Sequence record: LT598654.1
Length of the DNA stretch: 64,000 bases
Strand: one strand, 5' to 3'
Shown: in pieces, positions 55,544 to 63,114 of the stretch
Layout: the number at the start of each line of letters is the position of its first letter
Numbering within the stretch: position 1 is the first letter of the stretch
Position numbers and translations under genes: made by a program
Notes under the pieces: generated by a model
What the model saw: only the letters and a program-made list of their open reading frames with translations
Told to the model about the DNA's origin: nothing
The model's database searches: none

Positions 55544-56728
55544 TTAGCGAGTTTCTTTTATGTAGATAGCTGGAATCCAATGTCTTCTATTACGACTTCC
55601 TTGAATAGCAACTTTACCATTTTTGGCATCTACGGCAACAGCAGTCTCCCAAGAAGACCCTCCGCTAGTCCACTGGACCAGTATCTCTCGTTGCTTACCA
55701 TCGAAGTGTATGTCCTGCATCAACTTCATAATGTCTATGCGCTCGGCTGCCTCATAGTTTTGCTTATCGTGAAGGTCTCTTGCTTCTTTATTGCTTTGAG
55801 ATTTACCGCCCGCTTTAAGAAGAAGTTTAGTGAATTCAGAATAAGGAACCTGAGGGTACTTATTGTACTTATCTAGGTCAGTGTCTTGACGAGAGGCTTT
55901 AAACAGTTTACCTGTATATTGACCTATCGATTGAGCGATAAAACTTCTACCTGTCTTCTGCTGGATAAACACGATGATAGCTTGTGTGTCATCACGGCTA
56001 CGTCCGGTCGGTATGATACGTCCATAAGGAGAACTGGAGTACGTTTCAGGCGTAATGTGTTTCAGGATAGCATCAGGTTGGATAGGACCAGAGTAACGGT
56101 AACCTAGTTCACCCCACACTTTGTCTACCAGAATGTAAGAGTTATAGGTTACTGTCTCAACCTTAGGCTTTTTGGTTACCGTTTCCTTAGGCTTTGTGTT
56201 GCGACGAGAACGCTTAACGGGCGCCTCCTCTACAACCTCTTTAGGTTTACGAGAACGTCTAGTCGGTTTTTCAACAGCGTCTTCTTTTGGAACTTTACCG
56301 CCGTTGTCGATAATAGCAGACAGAACCCGTGAACCCACTGTGCGACCTAAGCTGGTTTTGATTACACGATTCGTATCTTTCAATCGAGTGAACAACCACC
56401 AGCCTGCTTCAAGCATGTTAGACGCGCGGGCTGACTCAGATTCTAAGTCTTGGTATGCACCGTTACCTATAACAGAAGCCAATAAAGAGTTGTCTCCGGC
56501 TAAAGCTTCCATTTCAGTACGAGCAAACAGAACGGCAGCCATGCGAGGTCTGTAAGTCAGAGGCTTTTTAAATCGAGCAATAACAAACTCACCTCGGGTA
56601 CTTTGTAGAACGTAACGTCCAACCTGAGAGTGCTTTACTCTAAGCTTAGGTTTGCTTTTATCGATAGTCGCCTGGATAGCTCTGGGTATAGGTGCTTTAG
56701 ACCTTGCAGAGATAGATATGATTTTCAT
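55544..56728 (-). CDS. Basic probable internal head protein, paralog of ORF 53759
   Basis: 394 aa; MKIISISA; PKLRV...GRYVL.S.RG.F and NML..GW..F...ENGG/DNGG blocks shared. Confidence 0.7.
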   Translation of the reverse strand: MKIISISARSKAPIPRAIQATIDKSKPKLRVKHSQVGRYVLQSTRGEFVIARFKKPLTYRPRMAAVLFARTEMEALAGDNSLLASVIGNGAYQDLESESARASNMLEAGWWLFTRLKDTNRVIKTSLGRTVGSRVLSAIIDNGGKVPKEDAVEKPTRRSRKPKEVVEEAPVKRSRRNTKPKETVTKKPKVETVTYNSYILVDKVWGELGYRYSGPIQPDAILKHITPETYSSSPYGRIIPTGRSRDDTQAIIVFIQQKTGRSFIAQSIGQYTGKLFKASRQDTDLDKYNKYPQVPYSEFTKLLLKAGGKSQSNKEARDLHDKQNYEAAERIDIMKLMQDIHFDGKQREILVQWTSGGSSWETAVAVDAKNGKVAIQGSRNRRHWIPAIYIKETR

Positions 56729-56730
56729 GG

Positions 56731-57201
56731 CTAACCTTTATATGTGTTGTATAGTTTTTTAAGGCCTTCCAGTTTTCCGGGATAACCTTTCTTAGTGAGA
56801 AGTGAAAAGAATTCTATAGGCTTGAGGTCACCCAGAGGATTATCATCCTTAAGTTCAGCGCGTGGATGTACATAATCCTCTACGAAGTCCTCGTAGCTTA
56901 GTTCATACTCTTTACACGTTTCGATTAGTTCAAGAAATAACTTCCATTTCTTTTCTTCGATACCGTTTAGATCAACAAGCTCGTAACCTTTAACGTCCTT
57001 TTCAGATAACTCTTTAGGATACGCCAGGATGCCGTGTCTGTAATCACGCTTATCAACGTTAGAAAATTGGGGGTATTTATGAACTTCATCTGCTTGGATG
57101 AACTCAACCGGTTGTGGATTAGTCGGTTGAGCACCTATTGAATACGGTCGAAACTTCAAACCGTAGTAAAACTTTTTACCTAGACTTATGCTGATCAGCA
57201 T
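56731..57201 (-). CDS. Protein with DarA C-terminal-like domain
   Basis: Probable start MLISISLG; YYGLKFRPYSIGAQP...RHGILAYPKELS..DVKGYELVDL resembles the 'defence against restriction A C-terminal' pattern as I recall it. Confidence 0.55.
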   Translation of the reverse strand: MLISISLGKKFYYGLKFRPYSIGAQPTNPQPVEFIQADEVHKYPQFSNVDKRDYRHGILAYPKELSEKDVKGYELVDLNGIEEKKWKLFLELIETCKEYELSYEDFVEDYVHPRAELKDDNPLGDLKPIEFFSLLTKKGYPGKLEGLKKLYNTYKG

Positions 57202-57650
57202 TGACCTATACCCTTTGTCGTGAGACCCAACCAATCATAGGCTAGGTCTTTTGTATCGAACACCTTAAAATCTATCTGTGACTCAGAAAAGATTTTCTGT
57301 ATTTGATGCCGTGAGACAGCAGTGCTATTTTCATCGAACACCATTGCTACCTTACAGCTATTTTCCATTAAGCTGTTTAACCATTTACGGAATCGAAGAA
57401 ACTCTTTGAACTTTGATTCCGCATCAGGAGTTGATATGGTCTTTCGGCTAACGTAGATACAATACTTCCAAGCACAAGTTCTATTGTTAGACAAAACTCG
57501 GTTAATTGCATCAACAATACTTGTAGCATTATCAACACCGAAGGAACCAATCAATATAATTGATATAACCAAATCCTCATAGTACACTGCATAGGTACCT
57601 TTGGGACAGCTAATTGTCTTGGCTTCATTCGAGGCACTATTCATAAACAC
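57195..57650 (-). CDS. SpoIIAA/STAS-SEC14-like small protein (bacterial type)
   Basis: G.Y.V.YED.VI.I.LIGSF...A...STPDAE...FDT.D.AYDWL resembles a gammaproteobacterial STAS-like family. Confidence 0.5.
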   Translation of the reverse strand: MFMNSASNEAKTISCPKGTYAVYYEDLVISIILIGSFGVDNATSIVDAINRVLSNNRTCAWKYCIYVSRKTISTPDAESKFKEFLRFRKWLNSLMENSCKVAMVFDENSTAVSRHQIQKIFSESQIDFKVFDTKDLAYDWLGLTTKGIGQC

Positions 57651-57659
57651 ACCCTGTTA

Positions 57660-58610
57660 CTACATAGATTCAGTGCTTCCTGAATACTCACCGTCTTTTA
57701 CAAACACATTAACAAAATACTTCTCAGCAATCTCCCAACCTAACGTAGTCGAGAATCCTCGTGCTGATCTTCCGTGTACCATAGCTTCACACATAATAGC
57801 GAAAGCTTCATCCCACCATGGGTTGTTGTAACCGGGGTGATTAAACTGGTCCTTATGTACCTGCTTAGCCGCCAACAGTTTCTTAAACTTCATCTTGTCA
57901 GAGTTACGCAAAACATTCTTAACTACGTAATGACCTAATTCGTGAGTCAAAACCTGAGCAACAACCTTTGCGTTAACTGACCCGAACAACATGGTTAACT
58001 GTCGAGGGTTAATAACAATGTACACATCATACAGGCCTGAACGCCCGTTAAAAGTATGGATAATACACGTACCCATTTCTGTACTTACACCTAACTTAAT
58101 AGGTCTTTTGAACTTAACCTTAGTACCAATCATTGTCAATGCTTTATCTGTAAGCTTAACAATGTTTGAAGTCATAGGATGAATCCAACCGAAGTCAGTG
58201 CGCTTGGCTTCTTCTAATTGAGTAACAACTAGAGGAACACTGCCGCTGATTTTAGGTCGAATGAGTTCTTCTTCCTCTGGGTCAGGGTCAGGGTTTTCGT
58301 TGGTAGCTCCAACGGGAACACTCTTGGGGAACGTTTCATTGAACGTTTCGTCACCCGCCTGAATGTCAACACCGTTGACCTTGCCTAAGAAGGGCTTACT
58401 GCTGGTAACCAAGAGTTCAGCTTGACCTCTGTCCAGTTCAATACGCTGTTCCATATCTTTAGTGAACAGAAAGAACTTGTCTTTGTTCTGAACCAGAGAA
58501 TATACATGACGCATACCGATTATAATCTTGGTATTCTTGCTTTCGTATGATACCGGAGAGGTTCCGATATAACGAAACCATCTGCCTGTTGCTAGTACGT
58601 TCACTTTCAT
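57660..58610 (-). CDS. Zincin-like metallopeptidase with N-terminal virion domain
   Basis: VLTHELGHYV (HExxH) with downstream DEAFA; the N-terminal WFRYIG...L...SKPF.GK domain is shared with ORFs 8102 and 44941. Confidence 0.75.
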   Translation of the reverse strand: MKVNVLATGRWFRYIGTSPVSYESKNTKIIIGMRHVYSLVQNKDKFFLFTKDMEQRIELDRGQAELLVTSSKPFLGKVNGVDIQAGDETFNETFPKSVPVGATNENPDPDPEEEELIRPKISGSVPLVVTQLEEAKRTDFGWIHPMTSNIVKLTDKALTMIGTKVKFKRPIKLGVSTEMGTCIIHTFNGRSGLYDVYIVINPRQLTMLFGSVNAKVVAQVLTHELGHYVVKNVLRNSDKMKFKKLLAAKQVHKDQFNHPGYNNPWWDEAFAIMCEAMVHGRSARGFSTTLGWEIAEKYFVNVFVKDGEYSGSTESM

Positions 58611-58624
58611 ACATTACATCCAAT

Positions 58625-60310
58625 TTACTTTTCGTATTTTAATAAATTAGCTTGCTTTTCGATACTAGCAGGCATTCTAACACCAACTTGGTCGTAGAAA
58701 TCTTCAAGAATTCCAGGATCGATATAGTTAGCAATAGCGGTGTTAACAGTAAGCTTGCCATTAGAGAAGTGTCCAAGTTCTTTAGCTACTTTCTCCAGCG
58801 CACCCTTCAACCATTTATTAACTACAGCACTAGATGGAGTGGTCTTTCTAGTTAACAACGGACTCTTATCCAAAATCTGCTTAGCCATTCGGGTGCCCCT
58901 CAAAGTTCTGAACTTGTGTACGGTCACACCTTTTGGCATTCCCAGAGATTCAAGGAAACGATTCAAAGCATTGCCTGTAACACCCTTACCTCTGAAAGTA
59001 ATAAGGAGGTCTTTGCGCTGTTTGCCTTCAGCTAACGCATCAAGTGCAGCAATAACAAGTTTTAGATTTGGATTAGACGCAACGAGCTTGTGTTTTTGAA
59101 CCTGCGCTTTCTTTCCTTCGTACTCGATAAGCCTATCGCGACCCCGCTTTTTATACTGACCGCAGAGCAGAGTAGTAATACCGTAAGTCTTCTGACCTTT
59201 AGTTTTATTACCCTTGCTTCCGATACGAGCACTTGTTTGGTAAACAAGTTCAGCCAACATTGCAAGAACACCATCTTTAGTGTCAATACCGTCCGCTTTG
59301 AATTTAGCTAACCAACGTTTACGGATTGAGTCTGCTTTCTTATCAAACTCGGCAACCTTTTCGAACTTAGCTTTGGTAGTGTTTGACTTATACGCTAGGG
59401 TATACACTCGGCTATAGTTCTGAGCCATAGGGGCTTTGGTTTCGCATACATAGGTATTGTCTTCTTTAGGGTCGTAAGATGGGTTCATCTTAACATCACC
59501 TACAGGAGTACCGTTCAATTGAAGACCTGTTACAGTATAGTAACGCATGTTGTCATCAATCATGCCATCGAATTCCGCGGGAACAGGATGGTGTGCGATA
59601 CCTGCACTCTTTAATTCTTCGTATACCTTGCGAACAGGAAGATAAGGCTTACCTGAACTACGCACAAGATTCATAACAAAATCTTTAGGTACAGCATTCA
59701 TTGCAGAGCGTAACCGGTTGTACTCTTTGAGTAGAGGAGTACCTTTATGTGCGCTCCGGGTATCAGCATCAATGCTAATATCAGTACCGCCTAGTTCAGC
59801 AGTAACCTTTTTAAGCTTGTTCACTACGCTTGCTTGGTTACCTACCTCAGCAGTAAATGCCTTGCTCAGAGAAATGTCATTCAAGGCACTGACGTTTTTC
59901 TCCATAGATTTGACAGCACGGTGTCTAGTGCTTTCGTTATCCGATAGAGCGACGGTATTGAAGTTTTTAATCAAACCGAGTTCTTCTCTGGACACAGCCG
60001 TTTCATTATCCAAAGAAGTTTTCATTACTTTACGCAAAGACCTAGCCAAGTCCATTGCTGCATCAACCATATCCTGGTCTTCAACAAGAGTACGTCCAGC
60101 CAACAAGTCTTCGGTCATATCTTCCCAAGCCTCTATGTCCAAGTCGAACTTAGCAACAAAGCTTTTAGCATCTTTAACCCACTTGGGTAATTGTGCTTTA
60201 ATATCAGGACTTAGTTTAAAGCCTTCGGTGTCACTGTAGGCCGTTACGACCAACACTTTAGTAAATGACTTACTAGTGACACGGGCTACCCTTGACAATG
60301 TGATTAACAT
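58625..60310 (-). CDS. DNA topoisomerase IB with N-terminal extension
   Basis: Probable start MLITLS. Catalytic pentad in order: TSARIG (R), KK (K), HKFRTLRG (R), LGH (H), NYIDP (Y). Confidence 0.9.
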   Translation of the reverse strand: MLITLSRVARVTSKSFTKVLVVTAYSDTEGFKLSPDIKAQLPKWVKDAKSFVAKFDLDIEAWEDMTEDLLAGRTLVEDQDMVDAAMDLARSLRKVMKTSLDNETAVSREELGLIKNFNTVALSDNESTRHRAVKSMEKNVSALNDISLSKAFTAEVGNQASVVNKLKKVTAELGGTDISIDADTRSAHKGTPLLKEYNRLRSAMNAVPKDFVMNLVRSSGKPYLPVRKVYEELKSAGIAHHPVPAEFDGMIDDNMRYYTVTGLQLNGTPVGDVKMNPSYDPKEDNTYVCETKAPMAQNYSRVYTLAYKSNTTKAKFEKVAEFDKKADSIRKRWLAKFKADGIDTKDGVLAMLAELVYQTSARIGSKGNKTKGQKTYGITTLLCGQYKKRGRDRLIEYEGKKAQVQKHKLVASNPNLKLVIAALDALAEGKQRKDLLITFRGKGVTGNALNRFLESLGMPKGVTVHKFRTLRGTRMAKQILDKSPLLTRKTTPSSAVVNKWLKGALEKVAKELGHFSNGKLTVNTAIANYIDPGILEDFYDQVGVRMPASIEKQANLLKYEK

Positions 60311-60318
60311 AAAATACC

Positions 60319-60837
60319 TTACCAAATGTTTCCATCAAGCGCGAAAGGATCTCTGCGCTTAAAATTAACTTTATTACCGTTTCGTTTTTCGATGTAGTCT
60401 ACCAAGTCTTTGTAGTCTCGCATCAACAAGGGGAAGCTTAAACGGAAAATAGCTCCAGGTGTATAGAAGTTTGCGAACTCGTCGGGTACATGAGACATTG
60501 CATAAGCAACCAGTTCACTACAGAACCAGGCATCAGGTGCATGAGTAAACGTTCTAAAGAAAATTCCTCTGAGTCCGTGTAAGTCAAAAGGCTGCCCTAC
60601 TAAGGATTCAGCCTTTTCGATACTTCCTGCTACAAAACGGAAAGTAATCTGCCTGTAACGCAATTGGAATTCTTCTAAAGGAATAGAGTGTACACCGTTA
60701 CCACCCATTGCTTCTATCACACGTAGATTCTCAGGGTCTCGGTCATCAAGGATACCGCAGTGAGACCAAATAGAACCTGTTCTTACTCTGATTGTTTTTG
60801 AAATCCAGTGAGAGTTATTCCCAAATACCAATATCAT
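60319..60837 (-). CDS. Permuted papain-like NlpC/P60 (YiiX/YebB) protein
   Basis: WSHCGI precedes VIEA...GQPFD...WFCSELV (His before Cys). Confidence 0.85.
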   Translation of the reverse strand: MILVFGNNSHWISKTIRVRTGSIWSHCGILDDRDPENLRVIEAMGGNGVHSIPLEEFQLRYRQITFRFVAGSIEKAESLVGQPFDLHGLRGIFFRTFTHAPDAWFCSELVAYAMSHVPDEFANFYTPGAIFRLSFPLLMRDYKDLVDYIEKRNGNKVNFKRRDPFALDGNIW

Positions 60838-60856
60838 TAGATTACTTCCGATAGAG

Positions 60857-61333
60857 TTAGCGGTCTGTTAAAGACACGCCTACCTCGCGAACGAGTTCAT
60901 TAAAGGCCTTGACTCGTTTACCTCGAGGTAGGGATTTAATGTAATCGCTATTCTGGATTACGTTCAATACTGCCGTACCTGCTTCGTCCAAAAGGTTCTG
61001 TTTGCTGATTTGCGCAACAGCCTGGTCAATCAACACACGAACAGACAACTTGCTTTTACCAGGACCTTCGTCATAGCAGCTATCTACAAAGTCTAAGTCT
61101 ACTGGGTCATCAGCCTCAGTAATCTGTTCAAAGCGTTTGTAGTGCTTAATAAACAAAGCATGTGCAGAAGTAACAGGTCTTGATTCGGCAACGTCCTGCA
61201 CAAACTTTGATACTGCGGCACGGTACTCGCTTTCTGCATTAGGTCTGCCTAAAAACATTTTTTGGTATGCAACCAAAATAGCAAGAAACGCAGGGTCATA
61301 GGAATTTTTAGATTCACTTAGAAACACTTTCAT
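60857..61333 (-). CDS. Hypothetical probable head protein
   Basis: 158 aa; MKVFLSES start. Confidence 0.7.
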   Translation of the reverse strand: MKVFLSESKNSYDPAFLAILVAYQKMFLGRPNAESEYRAAVSKFVQDVAESRPVTSAHALFIKHYKRFEQITEADDPVDLDFVDSCYDEGPGKSKLSVRVLIDQAVAQISKQNLLDEAGTAVLNVIQNSDYIKSLPRGKRVKAFNELVREVGVSLTDR

Positions 61334-61335
61334 AC

Positions 61336-62124
61336 TTACCTCATGGACATTACTTGATTAGCGTTATGGTGATTTGATACGTATGCTGGATCTTCAACAG
61401 CACTGTTCTCAAAACCTGTAATCATCTGTACTTTACGGAAAGCAAGACGACCACCCATTTCATAAGTAGGTTTATTAATTACAGTGTGGCTACATGTTGC
61501 ACGTAAATTTTCTTTACGTACAGTGTGACCGCAGATACTACAAGTATATGCCTGATACCACATACCGATTGAATATGTGTTCAGTTCGTTAGTCAGTATA
61601 CGATTAGCAAGAACAGGGTCTTTAGTACGGTCAAACGCCAACAATTGAATGACACGAGCATGGTTACCTACGAAATTAGGCATACCCTTCATATAAACAT
61701 CAAGGATAACACCTTTAGCTTTGGTAATATCTTTGTTGTCGTGTTCTTGGTGAGTGGGCTTACCTTTCCAAGTTTTGTACGCCAACATACCTAAGTCAGG
61801 ACGGAAACGTAATGCTTCTGCCGTAGTCAAGCAATCGCCGTTTGTATTCGGAATGTCCGTAACAACAGAGGGAACCGGAACCATAACGTAATCGCTAAGG
61901 CGAGGACTTAACAGGTAATGCTCAGCAGCCATAGGCAACCAAACGTTTGCATCGATAACGATGTTGTCGTCTGCACCTGTTGCGCTAGGTTTAAAAGTAA
62001 TCTCTTTACCCTTACCTGCGTCTTTTAACTCAATTGGTTTCTTGAACGCGCTAATGTCAAACGAAGAACTTTGGAAACTGTTTTCTTCATTAACAATTAA
62101 CTGCTCTGCAATGTTCATTTTCAT
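61336..62124 (-). CDS. Prohead maturation protease (HK97/herpes-like fold, Zn-finger insert)
   Basis: PNTNGD, WKGKPTHQEH, YSIG, CSICG...CSH and FENSAVEDPA, the motif order of large-phage prohead proteases. Confidence 0.7.
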   Translation of the reverse strand: MKMNIAEQLIVNEENSFQSSSFDISAFKKPIELKDAGKGKEITFKPSATGADDNIVIDANVWLPMAAEHYLLSPRLSDYVMVPVPSVVTDIPNTNGDCLTTAEALRFRPDLGMLAYKTWKGKPTHQEHDNKDITKAKGVILDVYMKGMPNFVGNHARVIQLLAFDRTKDPVLANRILTNELNTYSIGMWYQAYTCSICGHTVRKENLRATCSHTVINKPTYEMGGRLAFRKVQMITGFENSAVEDPAYVSNHHNANQVMSMR

Positions 62125-62133
62125 AGTGTTTCC

Positions 62134-62781
62134 TTAACACGCAAGATAGTTATCAATGTCGGTGCCTTCGATAAACCAAACTCCATCTTCTTTGATTTCA
62201 TGGGAGCGTGATTTACCTGCAATAAAGCTTGCGTCAATAGAGTACAGCTTAGACAAACCGGGAATAAAGTTCTCTTGCAGGATAGTAGTTGCAACAGCGA
62301 GGTCTTCAAACATATAAATGTCAGACGTAGCAGATTCAGCAAACGTACCTGTTAAGTCAACAAGGTATCCGCCTACGAATTTACGCTGAGGGAAAGTATC
62401 AATGTAGACTCGCAGGTTACGAACAAAGGTACTAATCTTCTTGGTACTGTCTACCTCAAACTTTTCCAATGCACGGTCTAAAGAGTCCAGGCAGATAGTG
62501 ATGTTCTGCAATGCAGCCTGGTCATAGCGAGAAATATAACCTGACACGGCATCCATACAGTGGCTAAGTTCACTGACTAATTCGTCGTAGCTAACCTGGT
62601 CAAGAAGGTCTACACCACGCTTCTCATTACCGTCTTCGTCTTTAATCGCGCTATCACGCATAGCTTTTGTATAAGCATAGAAAGTAGCGAACGTTCTGAG
62701 CGCACCTGAAAGGTAATAACAAGAGGCAAACTTCTTGTGGGGAAACGCACTCTCGGCGGCTAAAGTTAATTGGACTTTCAT
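62134..62781 (-). CDS. Hypothetical protein
   Basis: 215 aa; MKVQLTLAAESA start. Confidence 0.7.
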   Translation of the reverse strand: MKVQLTLAAESAFPHKKFASCYYLSGALRTFATFYAYTKAMRDSAIKDEDGNEKRGVDLLDQVSYDELVSELSHCMDAVSGYISRYDQAALQNITICLDSLDRALEKFEVDSTKKISTFVRNLRVYIDTFPQRKFVGGYLVDLTGTFAESATSDIYMFEDLAVATTILQENFIPGLSKLYSIDASFIAGKSRSHEIKEDGVWFIEGTDIDNYLAC

Positions 62782-62790
62782 AAAGAACCC

Positions 62791-63114
62791 TTAGAGTTTA
62801 AAATAGTCAACAATGGTCTGTAGAACAGAAACAAGAGCTTTTTTAGACTTAGTGTTACTAACAGAGGATATTCGAACACGATTTCCTTTGCCTGTTAGAA
62901 TAACAATATTCCCTGAATCAATGTTTCTTCCTACTCTGAGTTCTTTACCTTTTAGTAGAACTTCAACACCTACATACTTAGAAGTATTAGACGGGTTAGG
63001 GTGATCGAATTCAGATAGTGTAGTAGGTACGTCAACACCTAATGCAACTAAATTGGCAGCCAAGTCTTTTAAAAACAGGTTACCGTTGCCAGTGGACTTT
63101 AAATTCACCTTCAT
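62791..63114 (-). CDS. Hypothetical protein
   Basis: 107-aa ORF in the operon. Confidence 0.65.
   Translation of the reverse strand: MKVNLKSTGNGNLFLKDLAANLVALGVDVPTTLSEFDHPNPSNTSKYVGVEVLLKGKELRVGRNIDSGNIVILTGKGNRVRISSVSNTKSKKALVSVLQTIVDYFKL

Noticed and set aside
37157-60239. Long + strand ORFs (for example 37157-37732, 40946-41740, 54522-55199, 59718-60239, 9584-10126)
   Set aside because: They lie wholly opposite well-supported - strand genes, have no RBS or motifs, and are typical codon-bias shadows.
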